Of a stretch of 64,000 nucleotides of DNA, positions 10,568 through 21,221 are shown one piece after another. Position numbers and translations under genes: made by a program. Positions within the stretch are counted from its first letter, which is position 1; each line of letters opens with the position of its first letter. The notes under the pieces are model-generated. The model was not told the DNA's origin. It made no database searches and saw nothing but the letters and a program-made list of their open reading frames with translations. The stretch is from Nitrospirota bacterium. Its GTDB lineage: Bacteria > Nitrospirota > UBA9217. The DNA lies in assembly GCA_963818475.1 (NCBI GenBank), contig CAWFSF010000003.1, positions 64,001-128,000 of the forward strand. Reading direction: 5' to 3'.

Positions 10568-11131
10568 CTAAATAGTTACCTTTATCTTTAGATCAATATT
10601 GTCACCCGCTTCGCACTTCAACGTTATGTGAAATATATTGGCATCTTCAAACTTTGCGTCAGGTTCGCATGATTCGAAATATTCCGTGAGTCCGACACCG
10701 GCTGCTTTCGCGCGATAAAACGGCTTATTGCTAAAAAGCCGGTAGAACACGATCTCTTCCTGTTCCAAAGTCGCAATGATCTTATTTTGCGGGTCAACTG
10801 CGATGGGGAGCGAGTAAGACGGTGAGGTGCGTTGTTCACGACAGTCGTAGTAGTAGCTATGGTAGCTCGGAGAGCCTTCGGAAATTAACAGCTCTGCGAT
10901 GGAATTCGACATCCAGTTTACAATGGGACCGATTCTCAGATAGCCCTTGCGGATCAGTTTTTTCTTGCCGGCCGTAATGTCATAAAAAACACCGGCGCCA
11001 CTACTCTCAGCACCCTCATATATTAGATGACAGCTCTTATCTGGTGAAACAAACTTCTGTGTAACGTTGCCTGCAAATGCCATCTGCGAACACAGACCGA
11101 GAAATAGTGCGATGCTCGGAAATAGCTTCAT
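10568..11131 (-). CDS. Secreted hypothetical protein
   Basis: Signal peptide (..QMAFA), strong RBS GAGGAGG. Confidence 0.75.
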   Translation of the reverse strand: MKLFPSIALFLGLCSQMAFAGNVTQKFVSPDKSCHLIYEGAESSGAGVFYDITAGKKKLIRKGYLRIGPIVNWMSNSIAELLISEGSPSYHSYYYDCREQRTSPSYSLPIAVDPQNKIIATLEQEEIVFYRLFSNKPFYRAKAAGVGLTEYFESCEPDAKFEDANIFHITLKCEAGDNIDLKIKVTI

Positions 11132-11480
11132 GATCTGTCCTCCTCAACATACCTGAAGGTTCATTTGGGGCGCACCAAACCGAATGGTTATTTCAGTAGC
11201 GGTATGGAGCGTTTCTAGTCGCGAATCACAAATAGCTTTGTTATACCCCACCATAATCCTTTCAGGGAGGTTCGATTTTATTGTATTAGTAAACTCACGT
11301 TCGATCATGTCGACATTGTGTCGGAGTTCATCTATATCAAGCTGGGTTAATATAAAATAAAATGCTTGGTCTTCTAGAACTAACTTCTTATGAAGGTCAC
11401 GGTGAACTTCATCGGTGCAAAAACTCCCCAGGAATATGCTTTCTGCATGTATTTACCGGTCTTACGGAAGGAACAGACCG

Positions 11481-12452
11481 TCATTCCTTAACCGGCGTCC
11501 AGGTCTCATCTGGATCGTAGGTGTCCTTGTCCTGGGCCGTCTTCAGGGTGTCCGGTCCGAGGTTCTTCTGGTACACCTTGCCTTGCTGATTGACCATAAA
11601 GGTCATTACTCCCGACTTGCCCCAGTTTGAAGGGAACGCAACCAGGGCGAAGCCTCCGACCATGTTGCCGTTTATAATGTAACTGTATTTCCCCCCCGGC
11701 GCATTCTTGCCCTGCTGCGTCAGGATCTTGAAGTAGTAGCCATGAAACGGGATCGGCTGTTCCTTGAAGAGGGAATTCTCCTTCTTATAGCCCGACATCC
11801 TGGCCTGCGCCACGAGTTCACCCAGAGGGCTTACCGGTTCGCCCTGCGCGTGCCTCCAGAAGAGGCCGTTCTTCTTGCCGGGATCGCTTCGGAGTTTCTG
11901 TGCATAGGCGACTATCCCGTCGCCGTCCCAGTCCTTGAGTACATACTCACGCTGTGCCTTGACATAGGTGTGGCAGACCATTATGGCCGTGAGCTCATCC
12001 TCGCCTATCCTGCGGTTCAGGATCTCTTCTTTGCCCGCTTCGGTATCAAAGAACCATTCGCCATTCGCTTTTACCAGGGGAATCGGGAAAGGCCAGTTCT
12101 CGTTGCCTATGTGAATGATCACCTTTGAATCATTCTCTTTCACAAGACTGGTTTTTTCCGCCACGTGCCTGGCAAATTCCGCTGATTCCGTGGTGTCCTG
12201 CACCGCATCACCCGAGAGAAGGTCTTGTGAGGAGGGCCCGAATATCTGGTCGAGGGCAGCCTTATCGTGTATCTTGACCGCTTCAACGAGTCCCTTCAAG
12301 GCATCTTCAGGAGTGGAAAAGCGTTTTTGCGATGCCGCTGCCGATGCCGGCACACTCCAGGCAACTACAAACGCTGCACAGACCAAAAACGCCGCAATAA
12401 AAACCATACCCCGCGATGTACAAAAGAGCCTTTTCTGTCGCCTCGTCTCCAT
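11481..12452 (-). CDS. DUF2950 family periplasmic protein
   Basis: WPFPIPLV, EEILNRRIGEDE, PFHGYYFKIL, GVMTFMVN; adjacent to DUF3300. Confidence 0.88.
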   Translation of the reverse strand: METRRQKRLFCTSRGMVFIAAFLVCAAFVVAWSVPASAAASQKRFSTPEDALKGLVEAVKIHDKAALDQIFGPSSQDLLSGDAVQDTTESAEFARHVAEKTSLVKENDSKVIIHIGNENWPFPIPLVKANGEWFFDTEAGKEEILNRRIGEDELTAIMVCHTYVKAQREYVLKDWDGDGIVAYAQKLRSDPGKKNGLFWRHAQGEPVSPLGELVAQARMSGYKKENSLFKEQPIPFHGYYFKILTQQGKNAPGGKYSYIINGNMVGGFALVAFPSNWGKSGVMTFMVNQQGKVYQKNLGPDTLKTAQDKDTYDPDETWTPVKE

Positions 12453-12517
12453 TGATCTTTCCTTTCTTAACTCAAGGTATTCCGGGTAATTAAAATAGTT
12501 GAAGCAAGCCTTCCCTG

Positions 12518-13942
12518 CTACCTGCGTTTCCTGTCGCCGGAGTCGTCCTTGCCTGCAGGACCACTGCCCCGGCCTGCCGGGGGGGCAGAAGGTCGTGCTC
12601 GTTCGCTGCTTTGACGGCTGGCCTGGCCGCGAAGGCCCTGCGTCCTGGCTTCGCCGGTCCCCCGGTAGCCGCCAAAGGCCTCTGATGGTGTTCTCGCAGG
12701 CTGGGGCTGCTGGACCGCTCGCGACGGACTGGGCTGATTCGAGCCGAAGCTGCCTCCCCGGGGAGCAACTGCTGTCGGCTGACTGTTGCTTGGAGCCGGT
12801 ATCGCCGGCCGTTGGCCGACATTCGGGGTCGGTATCGTTCGTCGTTCACTGATACTCGGAGATGGCATTGTCGGTCGTTGGCCGACGTTCGGAGTCGGTA
12901 TGGCCGGCCGACGGATAACCGGTGTCAAGGGAGCCGGCTGCTGATTGACAATACCACGGCTTTCCCGTCCGCGATCGCTGTTTGCTTGGGCATTCCCTCC
13001 GCGGCCGTATAACCTTACGGCCGGCGGCCTGGTCTGTACCGGAGTGCTCCCCCGGACCTCGCCCATGCGTGCATACCTGTCGGCGTTCGGGCCACTGGGC
13101 CGTCTTGCCAGGTACCTGGCGGGGTCACCGTGTGATCTGTCATGCCTCCATGTCTGATTTGTGTAGGGCCTGCTTCTGTTGACATACACATCCCTTACAT
13201 GAACATAGGGCCTGGCATGGTCGACCCAGCCCGGCCGGTCCCAGCCATGATAGATCACGTGGCGGCGACCCCAGTCAAAGTCCATGCTCAACCAGTCCCC
13301 GACCATCAGACCAAAGCCAAAGGTGACGAACGGCGAATAATAACTCGGAGCCTGAACATAGACAACCGAAGTGTCATACTGCGGAACGTACATGTACTGA
13401 GGTTGGGCCGGGACGATCTGAATATAGTCTCCTTCGATGATGACGGTTTGTTCGGCGTTACTGACCAGATTACCGACGGCCCTCGCCCGCCACCTGAGCC
13501 GCTGGATCGAGGCGGTCACGTCTTCCGGCTGATTGAGGAAGGCGTCTCCCAGATTGGCGGTCCAATCCATATTCTCGGCCATCATGCGCAGGGTGTCTGG
13601 ATAGTGGGCAATTGCCCTGACGGACTCGGCCCAATCCTGCTCGTCAATATATGACGGATCCCCTCCATCAACGAGCCACGCCTCCGCATCGGCAACTTCT
13701 GTCGGATACGTTGAGGCAGGCAACAGCTGGGCCAGCAGAGGGTCCGGGTAGAGCGCGATGGGAGCAAGAAGATCGTCAAGCTCCTGGTCCGTGAAGGCTA
13801 CGTATAATGTCACATCCGGGTCCTCCGCCCGGACTTGCGTGGAGAGGAGCGCTAAAAGGCACACCATCAATACAAGCCGAAAGTCCTTTATAAAGGTCCT
13901 GGTCATTAGTACAGCTCCTTCCTTACTACGGCTCGTTGACAC
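12518..13942 (-). CDS. DUF3300 family protein with Pro/Arg-rich low-complexity tail
   Basis: ELDDLLAPIALYPDPLLAQLLPASTYP, WTANLGDAF, YVPQYD. Confidence 0.88.
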   Translation of the reverse strand: MSTSRSKEGAVLMTRTFIKDFRLVLMVCLLALLSTQVRAEDPDVTLYVAFTDQELDDLLAPIALYPDPLLAQLLPASTYPTEVADAEAWLVDGGDPSYIDEQDWAESVRAIAHYPDTLRMMAENMDWTANLGDAFLNQPEDVTASIQRLRWRARAVGNLVSNAEQTVIIEGDYIQIVPAQPQYMYVPQYDTSVVYVQAPSYYSPFVTFGFGLMVGDWLSMDFDWGRRHVIYHGWDRPGWVDHARPYVHVRDVYVNRSRPYTNQTWRHDRSHGDPARYLARRPSGPNADRYARMGEVRGSTPVQTRPPAVRLYGRGGNAQANSDRGRESRGIVNQQPAPLTPVIRRPAIPTPNVGQRPTMPSPSISERRTIPTPNVGQRPAIPAPSNSQPTAVAPRGGSFGSNQPSPSRAVQQPQPARTPSEAFGGYRGTGEARTQGLRGQASRQSSERARPSAPPAGRGSGPAGKDDSGDRKRR

Positions 13943-14247
13943 CCGATTCTTGTAAGCGCTTTCGCAACCAATGAGATCATTTCCCTGCTCTAAAACAAAC
14001 TGTCCTGCCTGGACATAACTGACTACTATTCTTTAAGACACGGCTTATCGTAAAAAGTTGCATGATCTTTTTATATTACGAACGTTTGTGTTTAGCCAGA
14101 CGCTCAGCGTTTTTTCCTCAAAAGCCTTAGACGGGTTGCTCTACATTCCCTGTGCAGGCCTCAGTCTCCTTATCTTTATGAATCAGTATCTGCGGCCGTC
14201 CCTCAGATCAGTTCCCACCAAAGGGACAGCCATGTTCCACATATGTT

Positions 14248-14718
14248 TTATATACAATTCACAACTTCAGCTCTTTCCTCGAAAAGCAATTCCTTCACAC
14301 TTTCCACTTCAGCAAATTGATAGGGCGACGTTTGCGCTTGCGTAACAATGCAATTGCTACCGGGCTTTTTAATTACAATCGATGCTTTAATAAACTCACC
14401 GTAATCCACTATTTTCTCCACCGCGATTGAATAACCGCCAGTAGGGCGCCCGCCAAGGCTCAGTAAAATTACTCTTCGAGAAGAAAAATCCACTGTGTGC
14501 TCGGCAACTGGTTGTAGGAATAAATACAAACTTGCATTAAACGATGCTTGATCTGTATATACCTCAAGTTTCCTATTTGCAGGCACGCCGCTTATTGTGT
14601 TGTCACCTGCCGCTATTACGGAATAGCTGACCGTTGTGTCAGCGTCAGAATTTAGAGCGCAGCTCACCAACAATGGAGCGACCACAGATAAGAGAAGTGT
14701 AAATATTTTGAGCTTCAT
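14248..14718 (-). CDS. Lipoprotein, PrcB C-terminal-like domain
   Basis: Lipobox LVSC; VDF...GGRPTGGYSI...VTQAQTSPY; RBS AGGAGG. Confidence 0.78.
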   Translation of the reverse strand: MKLKIFTLLLSVVAPLLVSCALNSDADTTVSYSVIAAGDNTISGVPANRKLEVYTDQASFNASLYLFLQPVAEHTVDFSSRRVILLSLGGRPTGGYSIAVEKIVDYGEFIKASIVIKKPGSNCIVTQAQTSPYQFAEVESVKELLFEERAEVVNCI

Positions 14719-14867
14719 GTTTTCCTCCTATAGGCATAATGACATTGATCTCAGAGCGGCTACGCTCGCTGTTTAAAGGTGCTGGGTCTATTCGCCGATG
14801 TCTTCGTTCCAGAGTTTCGAATGCGCCTGCACAAACTCTTTCATTATGGCCACACACTCCGCGTCTT

Positions 14868-14936
14868 GTATGACTGGCGTTGAACGGCGGCAGGGAGGTG
14901 GCCTTTACCGCTGTCCGCTCGAATGCGTGGTTCGGC
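14868..14936 (-). repeat. Degenerate integron attC-like site
   Basis: GCCGAAC-5nt-ATTCGAGCGGAC...GCCGTTCAAC immediately after a stop codon; right core site degenerate. Confidence 0.45.
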
Positions 14937-14941
14937 ATTTG

Positions 14942-15910
14942 CTAGTGCGTCAATTCTGGATTGAACACGCCTCTGAAAAGTGCAATAATTTCCGGGGAGA
15001 CCTCCAACAACCTCTTTTTTTTGTCCTTCCAGTCCTTATCGCACCACTGACCTGTCTTAATGTAGTTCTCAGAACCACTTCCGGTGGAGAGTATTTCTTC
15101 CCCGATGTAGGCGAACTCCTCCACTCCCTTTTCCGCCGATCGGTACCTTTCCCCATATTTCATATTCTTCCAGCTCTCATCCTGAGGCACATCGCTTAAC
15201 CTTTGATAGTTGTACAACTGATACCATACAATAAATTTCATCCTATTGATCGCGAGTGCATCCGGTCTTCGCTCTTTCGTCGTATCGGCATTGACGATGC
15301 CATTGGGAGACGGCATGCCATACCGCGGGTCCCTATACCATCGCGCAACAGCTTCGTAACACGAACGGCTGTCGATTCCCTGGTGGACCTGGAGTATATG
15401 CAGGAATTCGTGTATCAACAAATTCGTCTTGAAGCCATGCATGAATACAGGATCCTCTGGCTTCATTCCCCTTTGTTCATAAATCGCCCGGTACCGTGAT
15501 TGAAGCACCGTATTGTCCCAGTCCGGACTGACGCCAATATAGCCTTTTGCTCGATATGCCTTTGCCGTATTTGCCGAGGAATCCAGAATTATCGGCACCG
15601 ATGCCAGAAAGGATCTCAGTGATGGGTCGAAGACCTCAAACGCATTCTTCAATACACCGGCGTTGCGTTCTCGCGATATTGACACTGCCTCCCTATCGAG
15701 AAACCATCTGGGCAAAAACGAGAAGACCGGAGTCTCAACAATCCACCTGCCAACCCCGGAAGAGCCAAACCCGGCGATAACACGATTCTTCATGTGCATG
15801 TTTGCAAGTATCCCACAACCAAGAAGGAACAACGCAACTAAGACTGCATTTCTCATCCCGTGAGATTTACTGGTCCTCATGTCTATCCTTCCGCCAATGA
15901 CAAAGCGCAA
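14942..15910 (-). CDS. Membrane-anchored protein with HExxH zinc-metallopeptidase-like motif
   Basis: N-terminal TM; LIHEFLHILQ; downstream EEFA. Confidence 0.65.
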   Translation of the reverse strand: MRFVIGGRIDMRTSKSHGMRNAVLVALFLLGCGILANMHMKNRVIAGFGSSGVGRWIVETPVFSFLPRWFLDREAVSISRERNAGVLKNAFEVFDPSLRSFLASVPIILDSSANTAKAYRAKGYIGVSPDWDNTVLQSRYRAIYEQRGMKPEDPVFMHGFKTNLLIHEFLHILQVHQGIDSRSCYEAVARWYRDPRYGMPSPNGIVNADTTKERRPDALAINRMKFIVWYQLYNYQRLSDVPQDESWKNMKYGERYRSAEKGVEEFAYIGEEILSTGSGSENYIKTGQWCDKDWKDKKKRLLEVSPEIIALFRGVFNPELTH

Positions 15911-15996
15911 CCATCACACTACTGGCTTCTCAACTGATGCTTGCTCCAACGCCTGTGCTACTGACAACAAAGGCATGTGACGAAACATCCTTTCAA

Positions 15997-16182
15997 CCTA
16001 AAAACGGCATTTGGACACGGAAGAATCGGAAACATCTGATTACCAGAAGTAGGCGCTTCTAAGCGACGCGATAAATTCTCAAGCAAAGCATTCACCTATT
16101 GGGTGAACCTCTTATAAAAGAAATAATCCGCCATTATCCGGCTCTTATCCGTGTTAATCCGTGTCCAAATGCTTTTTTAAGG
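15997..16182. mobile_element. MITE copy 1 (CCT...AGG ends, 5-bp TSD TTCAA)
   Basis: TIR CCTAAAAA..GCATTTGGACACGGA; near-identical copy at 34521-34685. Confidence 0.85.
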
Positions 16183-16259
16183 TTCAAATGCTGAACCATA
16201 TATTGAATAGTTTTTCTAGAGTGACGAAGGAATGCTCAACTTCTTCAAATAAGCCGCTC

Positions 16260-16958
16260 TTACTTCAGGTATGAGGAAAAATAGGGAGCCATCTCTTTCA
16301 GCATTTTTTCGGCTGCCATGGGGACCATGATAGCAAAGACGTTCAGGTTCACCAGTGCGTGCACATTCGCGTCGCTTCGCGCTGCCTCGATCATCCTCTG
16401 GCTGAAATCCTTGTTCAATATTTTCACTTCCCCGTAGATCTTTGCAAGTCCCTCGATCCCCCATTCGGGCTTTTTGCCTGCCTGCTCCCGTATGAGCTGC
16501 GCCACGAGGAACATGGCGACCGTCCGGTAGGCCGTTTCATCCAGGCTGGCAAAGGGAAGATGATAGCGGGCCATCGGCTTGAGCGGTTCCATGATGGGAC
16601 AGCCGCTCGTAGCCATGATGACGCCGAGCAGCGGGCTCAACCCCTCCTTTATCGACGTGGCCTTGCTATATGTCCGCTCCTTGACCACGACGGTCACGTC
16701 AACGTTGTCCTTGGAGGTGACCCCGCGGAACTCCTGCACGATCCCGGGCAGATTCGCGGCAACAGGACAGTAGAGATGGCGGTCTATATCGAGCGGGCAG
16801 TTCGAACATTGCTTATATTCCAGCCGCGCCCAGGCCGGCAGGTCCTCTTTCCGCTCGGTCACGAACAGCAGGTTTTCCTTGTCAAGGTGGATGTCGAATT
16901 TTTTCGACGTGTAGTCTTGAAACCTGAAATCATATACGATCTTGATCAGCTCAGCCAC
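16260..16958 (-). CDS. Conserved hypothetical Cys-containing protein (DUF6901-like)
   Basis: WARL..QCSNCPL...CPVA, SGCP, PMARYHLPFA. Confidence 0.75.
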   Translation of the reverse strand: MAELIKIVYDFRFQDYTSKKFDIHLDKENLLFVTERKEDLPAWARLEYKQCSNCPLDIDRHLYCPVAANLPGIVQEFRGVTSKDNVDVTVVVKERTYSKATSIKEGLSPLLGVIMATSGCPIMEPLKPMARYHLPFASLDETAYRTVAMFLVAQLIREQAGKKPEWGIEGLAKIYGEVKILNKDFSQRMIEAARSDANVHALVNLNVFAIMVPMAAEKMLKEMAPYFSSYLK

Positions 16959-17004
16959 GACTTGCTCCTCCTCATCGGAACCCGTTCCTCATGCTGCGGT
17001 CCGC

Positions 17005-17274
17005 TCAGGCTTCCTGCACCTCGCTCATCAGGGAATCGATCTTCTCCCAGAGCGTTTTGGACGGCACATACCAGTCTGCGTGCGTGACCGTGATATCCAG
17101 GGTCGCGGTTTCCTCGCTCCATTGCCCTTGCAGCCGCACGCCGTGCTTTCGCGTGTCAATGGACCAGGGATTCTGGCCGATCACGGCGGACCCGTGTGTC
17201 TTCAGTGCATTGATGATCGCTTCCACCCTTTCCCGGTTGATATTTTCGTAAGAATGCGTTCCGTGTTTGGACAT
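17005..17274 (-). CDS. Hypothetical protein
   Basis: 89 aa, RBS AAGGAG, in operon position. Confidence 0.65.
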   Translation of the reverse strand: MSKHGTHSYENINRERVEAIINALKTHGSAVIGQNPWSIDTRKHGVRLQGQWSEETATLDITVTHADWYVPSKTLWEKIDSLMSEVQEA

Positions 17275-17292
17275 CTGCTCCTTACCTCTCGA

Positions 17293-18186
17293 TCAGGATC
17301 GCTCTGTGATAAAGGTGCTCAAACCCTGCTGGAACGGGACCGGCTCTATCCCGAAGGCGTCGCGGATGTCCTTCATGCTGCAGACCATGTCCTCCTGAAG
17401 CATGATGAGCTGGTCCGTGGTGATGGGCGGCTTCGGGAGCACGGTCTCCATGACCCGCGCCATGGAACGCATGAACAGGAGCGGCATATGCAAGGCAGGC
17501 CGCGAAACGCCAAGGGCCGCGGCAATGGCCCGGGTCACCTCTTCGTAGGTAAGCTGTTCCGGTCCGCCGAGCTCGTAGAGCTCGTTCAGATAAGCGTCGC
17601 TGGTCACGGCCTTCAGGAGGCATGCCACCTCGTCGTTGATGAAGAGAGGCTGCACCTTCGTTTTGCCTGAACCGATGATCGGCAGGACCGGAGATAGCCG
17701 GATCATTTCGGACAGCCTGATCGTGAACTGGTCGCCGGGGCCGTAGATGAGCGACGGTCTGAGAATAGTCGAGGGAATGCGGCTGTTGCGCACCAGCTCT
17801 TCGGCCTCCCATTTGGTCCGGTGGTACTGGCTCACGGCATTGGCGCGGGTGCCGAGCGCGCTCTGGAACAGGAAATGGCGCACGCCTGCTTTCCGCGCCG
17901 CCTCAACAAGATTGCGCGTACCGTCCACATGCACGCTCTGGAAGGTGGCGCCCGGAGCTTCCTGGATGATGCCGACGAGATGGACCACGCGCTCGATGCC
18001 CTGGGCCGCTTTTTCCAGGGACGCCTTGTCAGAAATGTCGCCCGGCGCCACCTCCACGCCGAGGTCGCGCAACCCTGTCGCCTTTGCCGGGTTCCTGACT
18101 ACCGCCCTGACAGCCAGTCCTTCCTGCCGCATTCGTTTGATCAGATGACTGCCGATAAAGCCCGTACCACCGGTAACGAGTATCAT
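17293..18186 (-). CDS. NAD(P)-binding atypical SDR, NDUFA9-like epimerase family
   Basis: TGGTGFIG, SALG, YHRTK, LRPSLIYG. Confidence 0.9.
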   Translation of the reverse strand: MILVTGGTGFIGSHLIKRMRQEGLAVRAVVRNPAKATGLRDLGVEVAPGDISDKASLEKAAQGIERVVHLVGIIQEAPGATFQSVHVDGTRNLVEAARKAGVRHFLFQSALGTRANAVSQYHRTKWEAEELVRNSRIPSTILRPSLIYGPGDQFTIRLSEMIRLSPVLPIIGSGKTKVQPLFINDEVACLLKAVTSDAYLNELYELGGPEQLTYEEVTRAIAAALGVSRPALHMPLLFMRSMARVMETVLPKPPITTDQLIMLQEDMVCSMKDIRDAFGIEPVPFQQGLSTFITERS

Positions 18187-18320
18187 GAAGGACCTCCCAG
18201 AAGGGTGTTTTGATGCAACACCGGTCTACTAAACCGCGAATGAACGCTAATACACGCTAATATTTTCCGCGGGTACTGTTTTGACCTTCGGCCTTCAGTC
18301 TATCCACCTTCAACCTCTGC

Positions 18321-21221
18321 CTAGAACAGCGACGGCAGCCAGAGCAGGAGGCCGACCCAACTCTCGCCCTTTTCATCCAGCCCTTTGGCAAGCACGAACC
18401 GCAGCGTTACGGGCAGATTATAGGCAACGGAAATATCCATGCGCAGCTCGGCGCCCACGGCGCGCTTCAGCTCCGATGAGCGGTACTGATCGTCCCAGGC
18501 GTTCCCTGCCTCGGCAAAGACCGCGCCGTGCAGCCTCCTCATAAAGAAGGGCGTCTGGCCGCCGCCCCGTTCGATATTTTTCAGCGGAAAGCGGTATTCA
18601 AGGCTGGCAAGCCCGGCCTTCCTGCCCCGGAACGAATTTTCCGGGTAGCCCCTGAGATACACGGACTGATCACCAACCGCCAGCGTAACATCGCCCGGCG
18701 AATCGCCGCCGAGCGCAAAGGCCCCCTGCGGGAGGGGCCGGCCGGTCGAGATGCCGCCAAAGGCGCGGACAACGAGCACCTGGTGTTTCCAGGGGAAGGT
18801 GAGATATTCGTGCCAATCGGCCGTATATTTGTCGAACTCAAAATCGCTGCCCAGCGATTTGTCGAACCGCTCATAGCCCAGCTCAATGGTCCGCCCGTTC
18901 TCGGGGCTGATCGAAAAATCATAGCGCTGCGCATTGTTGTACAGATAGACCAGCCTTCCCGAGCCCAGTTCGCCCTCCGCCGGTGTGGGAGTGTACGACG
19001 GAGGGAAGGATGCGAGCTTCGTAAGCGAAGAGACTCGTCTGCCATCGGTAGCCGAGCGTTATGATGTGCTGGGTCTGCGTCTTGATGAGCGGCGCGATAA
19101 GCGAAACGCCGTAGCTCCGCTCGCGCTCCACATAATCCCTGGTCCCGGTCGGAAGCGAAAGCAGGTCGGTGTGGGTCGTATCCGTGTCCGATGCGGAAAG
19201 ATGGATCGTGGGAGCGAAGCCGTCGTAAAGATAGTCAAGGGTATACCAGGTGCGTCCTGTCTTGGGGCCGTAGAGGCCGCTCACCACATACTGATGCCGC
19301 TCAACAGCGTCGCCGCCGAAGGTGACAAACCCGCCAAGCGTGCCGCTGTCATAGCTGTAGCCGTACCAGGGGATCCAGAAGGTCGGTGCGAGCGTCGGGA
19401 GCGGGCTGTAGGGCTTTGTCGCGGTTTCGATCTGACGCTCTTCGTACTGCACAGCAGGATAGGGGTCCTGGTAGGCTTCGGCAGGCTTCCAGGAGGCCCG
19501 GTCATTGGCAAGGGTATGGACGTCGAAGCCTTTTGCGCTGTAGGACGTGAATGCAAGCACCCGGTTGTCCGGCGAGGGAGCGGGTGCGAAGGCGCCGCCG
19601 AGGACGTTCGTGATCTGGTACAGGTTCCTGGTCTCAAGGTCAAAGGCAAAGAGGTTGTAGATCCCGGTGCGGTCCGAAGCGAAATAGAGCGTCTTCCCGT
19701 CAGGGCTCCAGGCAGGCGCGCCGTCAATGGCCCGGTCGTGCATCACCTCATCGATCTTTGCTCCCGTGCTGTCAAGGATCCAGATGTCCTTGTACCCGCC
19801 GGGCTGCCACAGGCTGACGGCGATCTTCGAACCGTCGGGGCTGAAGCGCGGGCCCTCGTACTGGAGCTCGCTCTCCGCAGTGAGGAAAACAACGTCCTTC
19901 TCCTTTGCGGGATGCTTCCGGCCGGACGTGAGATCGAGCAGCGCGAGCCTGGTCATGCCCATCCGGTTCGTCACAAAAACAAGCTTGCTCCCGTCCGGAG
20001 AAGGCTGAGGATCGCGGGCGCGAAGCTTTTTGGTGAGCCGCACCTCCCGGTTCTTTTTCAGATCGTAATAATAGAGGTCGTCATAGATAGTTCGTGCCCC
20101 GCACTTCGATCTTGGTGTAGAAGAGCCTGCTGCCGTCGGCTGACCAGGCAGGCGTCAGGCCGGTCGCGCTCGAGGGGGACACGTTCTCCGTCAGTTTGCG
20201 GTCGTTCGTGCCGTCGGCGTTCATGACATAAATGCCGGGGAACTCGTCCCCGTTCGCTTCAAGATAAGCGATGCTCGCGCCGTCCGGCGAAAAGGAAGGT
20301 GCCAGCGTATTGGTAGCCTTTGCGCGTCAGCGCTGTTGAGGGAGTCATTCCTTTGGCCTTGACCGCCTCCTGCTGCCTGACATAGGTGACCCGGAGCTCA
20401 TCCCTCCATTCCCGGTAGAGCCTGCCGTAGTTCTGGCCGAGAGCCTGTTTGGCCGTCGAGTTCACCAGGAAAGGAAACCCCCTGCCGCTGTAGGCGACGC
20501 TTAAGTCCGCAAGCTTTTCCCTGCCGTAGGTATCGGCGATAAAACGGGAAAAAGACCCGCCAAAGAGATAGGGCACGTCTCCCTGGGGCCAGGAATCGGG
20601 GAACACGGTCATCTGGCTGAGCAGCGGGAACGGGCCTTCGAGCGTTGCCATGCGGAGCACCATGTCCGCGCCGGCCGAGCGGTTCCGGCCGCCCATGGTC
20701 TGCTCGGTCTCTTCGTAGACCGCGAGACCCTCGATCAGCCAGAGCGGCTGGAGCGCGTTGGGGAAATAGAACCTGCCGAAGATCGGCTTCATCACGCCGC
20801 CCAATCCTCCGGTGACCATGTCGAGCTGCAGGATGTGCGTGTACTCGTGCGTGATGAGCATCCGCATCCAGTCCTCGTAGGGCGTGGCGCCGAAGCCCGG
20901 TTCGCCCACCGGCTGCGTCAGGAACAGCACCATGAGATTGTACGGGATGGGCGTTGACATGCCGTTCGCCTCGTCCATGGAATCGACCAGAACGACCTGG
21001 GTCTTTGCTTTCGGCTCCCACTTGATGCGCGGGACCAGCCGGGTATGCACGTCTTCGGCTATCTGCGCAGTTTTGCGCGCAAGGGCCTCGCCGCCCTGGT
21101 GATAATGGATCAGGAAGTGCGGGGTCTCGAGCGTGGTCCAGGTGAACGAGGGATCGAACTTGGCGAACGACGGAGCTGCGAGGAGCATGAGAATAAAGAT
21201 GGTGAAGATCGTCTTTTTCAA
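18321..21221 (-). CDS. Outer-membrane protein: signal peptide, HExxH (peptidase MA-like) domain, PD40/TolB propeller, Omp85-type barrel; several frameshifts
   Basis: TTG start with GGAGG; ITHEYTH...WLIEGLA; SPDG repeats; LRGY and terminal F; fragments 20259-21260, 18919-20043, 18321-18779. Confidence 0.8.

Noticed and set aside
12740-12930. Imperfect repeats in the DUF3300 tail
   Set aside because: Ordinary Pro/Arg-rich low-complexity coding repeats
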